IMG/VR virus record: IMGVR_UViG_3300028840_005860
Coordinates: 166,070 to 230,069 of that record
DNA length: 64,000 nucleotides
Strand: one strand, 5' to 3'
Shown: positions 49,501-56,383 of the stretch, one piece after another
Layout: the number at the start of each line of letters is the position of its first letter
Numbering within the stretch: the first letter of the stretch is position 1
Position numbers and translations under genes: made by a program
The notes under the pieces: model-generated
What the model was told of the DNA's origin: nothing
Database searches by the model: none
The model's input: only the letters and a program-made list of their open reading frames with translations

Positions 49501-49625
49501 CCGAGGAGGCCTGGCGCGGGCCGACGCGCTTCGCGGGGAACGTGACCGACGCGTGGCTCGCCCGCATCCGAAGCATCCATCCCGACGATCCCGACCGCCC
49601 CGTCATCGTGCTCGACGCGGCCTGA
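43491..49625 (+). CDS. 2044-aa polyprotein-like head protein: SH3-like, Ntn hydrolase, DNA topoisomerase IB, GNAT, coiled-coil domains
   Basis: CIIAG...KTRD...EGVNEHG...RTNHG (Ntn); ERPGN, VGKSG, KDLRG, VGHEP..LKSQY (Topo IB R-K-R-H-Y); ISVRRDARGEGHARRAM...WYEGMGF (GNAT). Confidence 0.85.
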   Translation: MAALAQLALRVAARHLAADAYFEVGEEVLYGKFKNRRGRVVRIFDDERGVPSVEIEPIPKGRRQNRMVGLYGIWKLPEARKTAAMDREACIIAGRKFGDGLCLMKTRDRAYDPKLQVLHVERDGTEMAVVFDKTTGYLEGVNEHGIGIVNTTLMVVRDEQEGVKKTKGDKQKGPKRSKDGPKIFKALEAETLDDAIRSLVSFRGGIKGHTFVADGERMVCIERSGRHPAKIHRLDPTRVNTRTNHGVAYPDAGYTHGDDYVSSIVRRWEAQKRLQNVNNPEVVAPALVQAIHEADSPFNPVRCTDKMRTTSQLTIDTTNPTLYLYVIPGHADLSPPRNVLPDGRRPKIPVRTFRYRQRMEDRTEQPGRKTAREVLARYKSKKKVRSEDGDETTVYEYSERQVQHRNREKAERIERLRGSIGKLRAQLEKDIRSDDPKKRDVAAAVGLMDHTYERPGNDESASDGHYGVTNWKVRHVRFGDGQAKISYVGKSGVRQQKSVTDRDLVKALRAACADKGAEATCLDVSADEVNEYLRPFGVTAKDLRGLHANGEMKDRLRRVRREGGPLPEDPEKREEKLRKEFDRALDEAAETVGHEPSTLKSQYLVPGLEEDYKRDGTVSESHAKKAAEAVTDTASFYVIAPEALRGMLDDTDWLELAHDLWPGEGRPGGDAEVLVPEMERQVRESGGAVLDTGWDGGFDVGVRGKYDELGRIEPFDLPVREKGAVPPYGLRKSASLLRVAAEEGTSAERRILANALVAPVLVARTREWWLREAPHLYRIARDHEKPRPRIEGLEFPSNLFTILWYEDADGNDLGDGDLEGEPGAPEGAQYQHSQFPHVLHHNVLRLNDDGTSTDLGGGEASYPEDLVNAMVRSGDWDVGDAIMVAAQSCERCLNVLCHHYDLDDGYPFGSEEYWSAGTRCPMCENVHAPARTAATPNYEAYVERKRREGEPPLDRERWERRVLGVRDEEGPRDWDAHRRDVMRRHELDKLHAPYDPENKHLRIDLISVRRDARGEGHARRAMEEILGWADRAGATVTLTPTSEFGASKKRLTRWYEGMGFVPNKGRNKDFRFQDAMIRAPQVKTATKSDAELDEEAVEEMLREEPKKKPPRYDLRDNRPLEDDDEEDLEGLGGGDRGDRDLSLKWNKVGRRVAFRWLATPGRLSAVRTAMRHRAKVTPDSEFQKEIADKKFRHPETGNEVAFGSLPTEEQHRIFEEWKKKHAPKGEPAEGKEKPKEEPEGRSPEEIDQDISEAREAAKKLKGEIRDLKEKIGDAKKAIEDWTELTKGEVGEEMRKKGDAVIKEMKRIVLDAEDDIEYKTQDLKDARRRVQELKEEREDPTGAKAKKEQEEREQKEKRTRQAVKDTVAAMEKMLGRGSRLPQGTRQEIESALGDFDYPQLEAFALAFQGELKDLSGQDPTSPDVISMANRQAKIGFDVEGVTDPEELARRAAEVGYVTNVVANPMVVGGRPVGQTEMDDAARSARAREAFAQFENLHPKLQRMAAERIREELRGLDEDTDRAVELESILSAVDLAHVGQTGEALPGRPQPSAGNAALIKRMIADGNADRMFQTKKDFFSEGSREAMAQALEEMDDADVANFITGDDPSHPFYELSQSMRTEGAGEFNQMIKDFLIKDFLNDTWGDRAARDVMEAAGVEDWDSPEARAELLEESKRAGETPLGQVLEAKERVEAARAAGEEPSQDDLDLVSSYFEPEAGEGVVGNARALLGLLRDKFKKHVISPAVAVLNHFVKTRDPKVLSQETLPHPDERSPEPRPKEEREKARVEMPTEAEAPESKPGKPEVVAPEWAAEGRKPAEDLTPEKAMRRRIVLKSERQKLEAQREKAPPEERGKYDVKIRKLDKELERASVPKRPEKKAPEPEKKAPEPEKVKEPEVVRKRRKQLEKVKSVRDEARAALKEMEPAARKQLEQKLEKMDAAIRQVEEQHAEDEKHGPGDVWKTKGGNWRAKNEEGLSRSFKKRDEAETYARGEPEKEWSAEFKAVSPEEAWRGPTRFAGNVTDAWLARIRSIHPDDPDRPVIVLDAA

Positions 49626-49857
49626 CCGTAGTTTCAGGGAACGAAAACCACCCTGAAAACCCGGAGGGCCGGTTTCTTCTCGACGCTGGGTAGGCAAACC
49701 ACCCTCGGAGCCCGCACTAGGGAGGTTTTTCCTACCTGCGAGTCAGGGTTTCAAGGTTCGTCGGGGGTTTGGTGCGCGCTACCGCTCCTCGGGAACTTCA
49801 AGGAGCGGAGGAGGGGATCTGTGAGTGACCTTGCGCCCCCTGAAACCCGGTTTGTGT

Positions 49858-49872
49858 CGATTTTCCTCTTAT
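49858..49872 (+). promoter_or_regulatory. Putative late promoter motif
   Basis: CGATTTTCCTCTTAT upstream of the protease/scaffold/capsid operon. Confidence 0.65.
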
Positions 49873-49952
49873 ATGGGTCGCCAGATAGGACAAGGGGCCC
49901 CCCTCTGGCGAGGGCGTCGCATGGCCCTGCTGCAGTCCTCAGGAGAACTTCG

Positions 49953-50456
49953 ATGCCGAAAAAGCTCAGCAAGCAAGGTGCCATGCAGGTCACGACCGAC
50001 CTGGATCGAATCGCGTCCCTCTTCGAGCAGGAGCACGAGACGCTCGGGATCTCCGACAAGATCGCCGGCGACTTCGCGCTTCGCTGCGACATCCTCTCGA
50101 CCGCGGTGGAGAAGACCGCGGGCATCGAGCGCACCCCTGAGGGGAAGCTCAAGGACCCCGAGCTCCTCAAGCTCGCGCAGATGGACCCGACCCAGAACTA
50201 CACGGAGACCAAGGTCAAGCCGAACGAGTTCGATCCCTCCGAGATCGCCAAGGAGACCCCGGCCGCGCTCCTGCGGAACACCGACGAGCCGTACATGGAC
50301 GTCTTCCGTCAGGACGAGTACGACCAGCTCCGCGAGGTCCAGCAGACGGGCATGTTCTCGAACGCCAAGACGGCCGCCGTCCTCGTGAAGAAGATGGCCG
50401 CCCTGCTGGCTCAGAACAACGTGCCCCTTCCCGTCGCACGTCAGCAGGCCGAGTAA
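49953..50456 (+). CDS. Putative head/core protein
   Basis: AGGAG RBS before ATG 49953, downstream of a late-type promoter motif; KTAG and KTAA motifs. Confidence 0.7.
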   Translation: MPKKLSKQGAMQVTTDLDRIASLFEQEHETLGISDKIAGDFALRCDILSTAVEKTAGIERTPEGKLKDPELLKLAQMDPTQNYTETKVKPNEFDPSEIAKETPAALLRNTDEPYMDVFRQDEYDQLREVQQTGMFSNAKTAAVLVKKMAALLAQNNVPLPVARQQAE

Positions 50457-50481
50457 CCCCTTCCTGGTCGGTTCTCTGCCC

Positions 50482-51411
50482 ATGCAGACGCCCAGCAACA
50501 TCGACCGTCTCGCCGGTCTCGAGGCGGAGCTAGTCAAGGCGCAGAAGGAGGCGGAGACGGTCGCGGGCTCGGTCGGGAAGGAGAACCCGGCCGGGGTCTC
50601 CCAGCTCAAGGCGGCCGCCAAGGAGCTGGGAGAGAAGCGTCGTCACGTCGTCGCCGCGCGAGAGGCCCTGCTGGAATTCGACGGCTACCTCCGAGCTAGG
50701 CAGGAGCTCGGGCGCCAGGAGTCCGACGATCCCGAGAAGCAGGGGCGTGCCGACCGGTTCGTCGGGGCCATCGGACAGCGGATGGCGGCGCGGATCGAGG
50801 AGGTCGTCGGGCGCCTCAGCGACGAGGTCATGGGCGACGTGTCTCACGTCTCCTCGGTCGTCCAGACGATCCGCTCCGTCCAGGACTCGGCCGCGCGCAC
50901 GAAGGCGGCCGAGGAGTGTGCCGCCCAGGTCGAGAAGATCCTGGCGGCGGCCAGGAAGGCGGTCGACAAGGCCGTCGAGGGGCGCCTCCCCGAGCCCGAG
51001 ATCGAGGAGGGGCTCGTCGACGACGTCGACGACGTGGAGGAGGCCGAGGAGATCGAAGTCGCCCCCGCGGACGATCACGGGTACGACCTCACCGCCTCCA
51101 AGATGTCCGACTTCATCAAGGAGAAGATCGAGGAGCGGGAGAAGGAGAAGGGGGACGAGGAGGGCAAGGAGAAGGGCGAGAAGCCGAAGAAGGGCGAGGT
51201 CCCTCCGCAGTTCCTCGAACACATGAAGAAGAAGAAGGCCGACGGCCACGGCTACGACCTCACGGCCGAGTCGCGCGTTCCGGGCAACGAGTCCAAGGGA
51301 CCGAAGGAGCTGGAAGAGGAGGACGAGGGTTGGGTCCCGGGTCACCGCACGCAGAAGAAGGCGTATGCCCTCACCGACGACGAGCCTCACGGCTACAGGC
51401 TGGACGCGTAG
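50482..51411 (+). CDS. Putative head/core protein with three HGYxLxA motifs
   Basis: Coiled-coil N-half, charged C-half containing HGYDLTA twice and HGYRLDA. Confidence 0.7.
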   Translation: MQTPSNIDRLAGLEAELVKAQKEAETVAGSVGKENPAGVSQLKAAAKELGEKRRHVVAAREALLEFDGYLRARQELGRQESDDPEKQGRADRFVGAIGQRMAARIEEVVGRLSDEVMGDVSHVSSVVQTIRSVQDSAARTKAAEECAAQVEKILAAARKAVDKAVEGRLPEPEIEEGLVDDVDDVEEAEEIEVAPADDHGYDLTASKMSDFIKEKIEEREKEKGDEEGKEKGEKPKKGEVPPQFLEHMKKKKADGHGYDLTAESRVPGNESKGPKELEEEDEGWVPGHRTQKKAYALTDDEPHGYRLDA

Positions 51412-51419
51412 GAGCACCG

Positions 51420-52061
51420 ATGCACAGACGTCAGGCGGATGAGGGCAACTGGCAGGCACGGGGGCAGGAGTTCGCCGTCGGCCAGTCCGTCAGGATGGTC
51501 AACGGGGGCTCGACCGACGAGGGCCGCGTGGTGGCCGTCTGGCCGGGCATCGGCATGGTGGACGTGCAGTTCCCGCACACGAGCTACAGGATGCCCGTCG
51601 AGAGCCTGCAGATCGTGAGTCCGGGCGACGACTCGTTCGTCACGCCCCTCCACGAGATGGTCCCGGGAGGGGCCGGAACCGTGGCCGAGGTGCCCGAGGG
51701 TGCCCTGGCGGAGGACCTTATCACGGCCGAGGAACCGCGCGTAGAGCTCGTCCACGAGGTCGGTCCCCTCGAGGAGCTCCGCAGGCAGGCGAGCATGGCG
51801 TCGAGGGTCGCCCGGGCCTTCGTCAAGAAGTCCCTCTACTGGCACGCCCGCGACCGCAAGTACCGGGTGAGCCGCGAGGAGCACGACAACGGGCAGTACC
51901 GCTGCCCGATCCGTGGCTGCGACGGCCACCTTCGGCGCGCGACCTACAAGATGCGCGACGGCGCGAAGATCAAGCTCCACGCCTGTCCCGCGTGCCTGTT
52001 CATGATCCGGGCGTCGGACCTCCTGGTCGACCACTGCGAGCCCGAGGAGGAGGTCTGCTGA
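51420..52061 (+). CDS. Putative head protein: SH3-like domain plus zinc ribbon
   Basis: FAVGQSV...GRVVAVWPGIGMVDVQF; CPIRGC...CPAC; AGGAG RBS. Confidence 0.7.
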   Translation: MHRRQADEGNWQARGQEFAVGQSVRMVNGGSTDEGRVVAVWPGIGMVDVQFPHTSYRMPVESLQIVSPGDDSFVTPLHEMVPGGAGTVAEVPEGALAEDLITAEEPRVELVHEVGPLEELRRQASMASRVARAFVKKSLYWHARDRKYRVSREEHDNGQYRCPIRGCDGHLRRATYKMRDGAKIKLHACPACLFMIRASDLLVDHCEPEEEVC

Positions 52062-52062
52062 C

Positions 52063-54843
52063 GTGGCGTTCCTGAAGACCGCGCGCGCGGGCATCATCCA
52101 CCGGGACTGGTCCCCCGAGAACTGGGGCAACTGGGTCGGACGACACCGCGACACCATCGCCAACGGCCCCTACCGGACGGCGTCGAGCTCCCCGAACCTC
52201 ATCGCCCAGGCCTCGGAGATCCTCAAGGAGGACTTCGACCCGAGGAACTACCTGCTGACCCACGCGACGATAGTCGCCTCCGTAGACACGGAGGACGTGC
52301 CGAACGTGAAGCTCGGCACCGTCACCGAGCTCGGGAGGAAGATCGACCGGCGCTGGCCGAACTACCACATCACGCCCGAGACCGAGCGCTGGACCAACAA
52401 CAACGGCGACTCCTGGGACCGTCCCGTGCTCCTCAAGAGCTACCGGACCTTCGTCGGATCGCACAACTGGGTCGAGCACGTCCAGGTCGAGGAGCAGTCG
52501 AAGGGCCGCATCATCGACGCCGTCGCGCGCGACATCGGCCCCTCCATCTACGTCGACATCCTGACGGCCACCAACCGGAGGCATGCCAGCCTGATCCGCG
52601 ACATCGAGAGCGGACGCCTGAACACGCTGTCCATGGGCTGCTTCCTTGCCGGCACCCAGGTCACGATGGCCGACGGGACTCGCGTCGCCATCGAGGACGT
52701 GGTGCCCGGCGACATGGTCCTCACCCACAGGGGACGTGCTCGTGAGGTGGTCAACAAGCAGATCCGAACTTACCGGGGGCCCTTGCGCCGTATCAAGGCC
52801 GTCGGCGTGTCCTCCACCATCCGAGCGACGGCGAATCACGGGTTCCACGTCCTGCGTGCCGCGAAAACCTGCGCCTGTGGCTGTGGCGAGGCTCTGCCGA
52901 CGACGAGCACCCTGACGCGCCGCATGACCCGGCGGTTCAAGCACGGACACGACAAGCGCATCTACAACCCGAACAACACCTACTCTCTGGAAGAGGCGCG
53001 CCGTCGCGAGGAACGGGTTCGATCTCTCAAGGAGTTCACCTTCGAGAAGATTCGTGCGGACGAGCTCGAGATCGGGGACTTCCTCGCCTTCCCGCGCCCC
53101 GCCGAGGGCGTCTCCGAGGGTTGGACTTCCGGCAAGGCGCGCCTCGTCGGCTACTTCTTGGCCGAGGGCTCGTATCTGAAGCACCGGGGTAGGCCCGTCG
53201 AGGTGCAGTTCAGTTTCTCCATGTCGGAGAGGGACACGTACGTCCGGGAGGTGGTCGATCTTCTTCGGCAGGAGTTCCCGTCGGCCAACGATCCCTGGGT
53301 GCAGGAGCGACCGACGAGGGGTGGCTGTGTCGTTCACATGACGGGCCCTGAGGCGGTCGAGTGGTTCTACCGGCATTGCGGCGAGTACAGCCACGGCAAG
53401 CGCATGAGCGCCGAGACCATGTCGCTGCCTGTCGAGCTACATAGGCATCTCGTGGGTGCGTGGATCAACGGCGACGGGACGTTCGGCGAGGCGAACAAGA
53501 CCCTCTCCGGCACGAGCGTGTCTTACGACCTCGCCTGTCAGATGCACTACCTCCTCGCTCGGTGCGGAGTCTTCGCGCGCATGGGGTGCGACCAGGAAGG
53601 TCGCAGCATCGAGGTCTCGGAGGCCATCGGTGCCGGATGGTTGCCCGACCCGGAGACCAGAAAGCGACCCGCGCTCACGTTGGTCATGGGACTCACGGGG
53701 CAGCAGCCCCTCGCGGGATTCTCCGACAAGGTCGGCAGGAACTCGCAGGCCGAGCAACAGCTTCGAGTGCTCGACGACTACGTGATCTTCCCGATCACCT
53801 CGATCGAATCCGAGTGGTACGAAGGGCCCGTTCACAACATGGAGGTGGAGGAGGACCACACCTACGTTGTGGAGGGCGTGACGGTTTACAACTGCTCGGT
53901 CACCGAGACGCAGTGCACCAAGTGCGGAAACGTCGCGGCCGACGAGACGGAGATGTGCCCGTGCGTCAAGTACGAGAAGCACAACGTCTTCTTCGACTCT
54001 CGCGGGGTCCGTCGCAAGGTCGCCGAACTCTGCGGCCACCACTCGCTCGACCCGACCGGCGGCGTGAACTTCATCGAGGCGTCCTGGGTCGCCGTCCCGG
54101 CCTTCGCCGGGGCCGTCACCCGCAACATCCTCCAGCCCGAGACCATCAGCGTCCAGACGACCGAGAAGATGCGGAGCGTCCTCGCGTCGCCGCCGCCCGA
54201 GTGGGTCGAGGGCGCCATTCCGAAGGCCGCGTCCTTCGAGAGTCCCAGCGTGTCGCCGCGCACCGACGTGACCACCCTGGAGGGGCGCGTCGCCCAGATG
54301 CCGGCCGCTCCCGAACCCGCGCCGGGCGGCATGCCCGGGATGCCGGGCGGCATGCCCGGGATGCCGGGGATGCCCGGCGCCGAGGAGAAGGACCCGCTCG
54401 AGGAGCTCGAGGACGAGGTCGAGAAGTTCGTCGTTGACAAGGTGAAGAAGAAGCTGCGCAAGAAGCTGCGCGAGGAGGTCGCCGAGAAGGCGGTCTCCGA
54501 GCCCGAGCTCGGCGCCTCCACCAACGAGAACGTCAACCACCAGGCGTCGGACCGCAGGATCGCCGCGCTCGTCAGCGGCACCTCGGCCCTGCTGAGGATC
54601 GCCCGCTCGGACGTCGAGCTGCTCGACGGCGTGGCCAGGCTCAGCGACGACCTGGGAGTCGAAGTTTCGAGGGACCTCTACCGCGCGGCCCTCCGCGTCG
54701 GGTCTACGGAAGGCCACCCGTCCCTCGATAGGTACCTCTCGCGTGCTGCGGAGGTACTCGGCCGCAAACCGACAACGGGAGAAGCCAAGACCCTGGTGCG
54801 TCTTGGGCGGATCCTTTCACTGCGAAAGAAGACCCGGTTCTAG
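52063..54843 (+). CDS. Prohead maturation protease (assemblin/HK97-type serine protease), intein-containing
   Basis: NNNGD, VEH (candidate catalytic His), LSMG|C (candidate catalytic Ser), CTKCG, FIEASWVAVPAF.GA; sits upstream of the scaffold and capsid genes. Confidence 0.8.
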   Translation: MAFLKTARAGIIHRDWSPENWGNWVGRHRDTIANGPYRTASSSPNLIAQASEILKEDFDPRNYLLTHATIVASVDTEDVPNVKLGTVTELGRKIDRRWPNYHITPETERWTNNNGDSWDRPVLLKSYRTFVGSHNWVEHVQVEEQSKGRIIDAVARDIGPSIYVDILTATNRRHASLIRDIESGRLNTLSMGCFLAGTQVTMADGTRVAIEDVVPGDMVLTHRGRAREVVNKQIRTYRGPLRRIKAVGVSSTIRATANHGFHVLRAAKTCACGCGEALPTTSTLTRRMTRRFKHGHDKRIYNPNNTYSLEEARRREERVRSLKEFTFEKIRADELEIGDFLAFPRPAEGVSEGWTSGKARLVGYFLAEGSYLKHRGRPVEVQFSFSMSERDTYVREVVDLLRQEFPSANDPWVQERPTRGGCVVHMTGPEAVEWFYRHCGEYSHGKRMSAETMSLPVELHRHLVGAWINGDGTFGEANKTLSGTSVSYDLACQMHYLLARCGVFARMGCDQEGRSIEVSEAIGAGWLPDPETRKRPALTLVMGLTGQQPLAGFSDKVGRNSQAEQQLRVLDDYVIFPITSIESEWYEGPVHNMEVEEDHTYVVEGVTVYNCSVTETQCTKCGNVAADETEMCPCVKYEKHNVFFDSRGVRRKVAELCGHHSLDPTGGVNFIEASWVAVPAFAGAVTRNILQPETISVQTTEKMRSVLASPPPEWVEGAIPKAASFESPSVSPRTDVTTLEGRVAQMPAAPEPAPGGMPGMPGGMPGMPGMPGAEEKDPLEELEDEVEKFVVDKVKKKLRKKLREEVAEKAVSEPELGASTNENVNHQASDRRIAALVSGTSALLRIARSDVELLDGVARLSDDLGVEVSRDLYRAALRVGSTEGHPSLDRYLSRAAEVLGRKPTTGEAKTLVRLGRILSLRKKTRF
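52639..53892 (+). mobile_element. Intein with LAGLIDADG endonuclease (418 aa)
   Basis: G|CFLAGTQVTMADG...ATANHGF...VGYFLAEG...AWINGDG...VTVYN|C. Confidence 0.93.
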
Positions 54844-54874
54844 CCAACCGAGACCACCGAGGAGAGGTAATCAC

Positions 54875-56383
54875 ATGCAGCGTCAACGACGTACCTGGAC
54901 GAAGAAGGCCGAGCAGGACAAGACGGCTTCCCCGCCGCCTCAGATGCCGGCCGTGGACCGTACCGAGGGGCCCGACCACCCCGCGTACCACGCGGACCCC
55001 GACGCCGACCAGTACAAGTCGGGCGACACCAGCTCGTGGGCCGAGGACCCCCACAAGCCGATGAGCCCGGAGTCCCCGCCCCCGGCAATGCCGGGCAACC
55101 TGACCACCGACGAGCTCGACCACCCGGGCACCTCGGACTTCCAGAAGACGCCCGAGAGCCCCGAGAAGGCCGAGGCGGCCGGAGGCGGCGGCAAGCAGGC
55201 GTCCAAGGAGCCGACGCTCCGCCAGCTCGCCGAGCAGCGCGCGACGCTCTGCGTCCGCATCGCCAGCGCCCTCATGCCGCAGGCCGACGTCAAGACCGTC
55301 GAGAACAAGGCCCTCGAGCTGATGGACCTCGACGACGCGCAGCTGCGGGCCACCGCCAGCACCCTCAAGATCGTCGCTGGCGAGGAGGAGGAGGAGGAGG
55401 TCGAAAAGGAGATGGAGACCGAGGCCGGCAAGAAGGCCAACGTCGAGGTCGTCGCCCGCGTCGAGAGGCTCGAGGGCGCCGTCGGCAAGCTCGTCAAGGC
55501 GATGAGCCACTTCTTCGGCCAGGAGGGCGACGAGTCCGACACGGACGGGATGTCCGACAGGGAGCTCCTCGCGTACCTGACGGCCGAGGACACGGACGGC
55601 GACGGCATCGACCAGAGCAAGAACGACTACCCGCAGGGGTACGACGTCGAGAAGATGGGCCAGGAGGAGGACGAGGAGGAGATGCTCAAGGCGATGCTCG
55701 AGGAGATGGACGAGGAGATGGCCGTCACCGCGGCCACCAAGGAGGAGGAGGTCACCGAGCCGCTCGCCAAGGGCGAGAGCATTCAGTCGGGCGAGGGCGG
55801 CAACGTCAACCCCGACGAGAAGGCCGAGACCCCTCAGGTCGAGCAGAGCGACGGCTCCGAGAAGACCGCCCAGGACGACGAGGCGAAGGAGAAGCCGAAG
55901 GAGTTCATCGAGGGCGAGGAGTCCGAGGGCACCAAGGAGTCCGACGAGGGCGAGAAGGAGGGCGCCTGCAAGAAGAAGGCGGAGGACGAGGAGACCCCCA
56001 AGGCGGCCGAGAACGACATCGACATCACCGCGGGCGTCGATCCGATGGGCCTGATGGAGGAGACGAGGGAGGCGTCGGCCGACGACGAGCTGATGCAGCT
56101 GTACGCCGACCTCGACCTGCCGAAGACCGTGGGCGAGGAGCCCGAGGAGGAGGCCCCCGTCGAGGAGGTCGTCGAGGAGACCGTCGAGGAGGAGAAGGAG
56201 GCTGGCAAGAAGAAGGCGGCCGACGAGCCCGAGCTCAAGCCGCAGGCCAAGGTCGCCAGCTCCGGCGCCAAGACCATCGGCAACGTCGCCCTCAGCAAGG
56301 AGGCTCGCGACGAGATCAGCGAGCTCGAGAAGATGTGGGAGCACGCTCCTAGCGTCAACAAGGTCTTCGGACTCCCCGAGTAG
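54875..56383 (+). CDS. Capsid scaffolding protein
   Basis: Highly acidic and disordered; lies between the protease and capsid genes; C-terminal LEKMW...PSVNKVFG. Confidence 0.7.
   Translation: MQRQRRTWTKKAEQDKTASPPPQMPAVDRTEGPDHPAYHADPDADQYKSGDTSSWAEDPHKPMSPESPPPAMPGNLTTDELDHPGTSDFQKTPESPEKAEAAGGGGKQASKEPTLRQLAEQRATLCVRIASALMPQADVKTVENKALELMDLDDAQLRATASTLKIVAGEEEEEEVEKEMETEAGKKANVEVVARVERLEGAVGKLVKAMSHFFGQEGDESDTDGMSDRELLAYLTAEDTDGDGIDQSKNDYPQGYDVEKMGQEEDEEEMLKAMLEEMDEEMAVTAATKEEEVTEPLAKGESIQSGEGGNVNPDEKAETPQVEQSDGSEKTAQDDEAKEKPKEFIEGEESEGTKESDEGEKEGACKKKAEDEETPKAAENDIDITAGVDPMGLMEETREASADDELMQLYADLDLPKTVGEEPEEEAPVEEVVEETVEEEKEAGKKKAADEPELKPQAKVASSGAKTIGNVALSKEARDEISELEKMWEHAPSVNKVFGLPE

Noticed and set aside
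49821-49952. Longer N-terminus for the 49953 gene (GTG 49821)
   Set aside because: The extension overlaps the promoter motif and structured region and has atypical codons; ATG 49953 has its own RBS. Not fully excluded, since GGAGG precedes 49821.
54320-54380. GMPG repeats in the protease and PEKKAPE repeats near 49110
   Set aside because: Ordinary low-complexity linkers.
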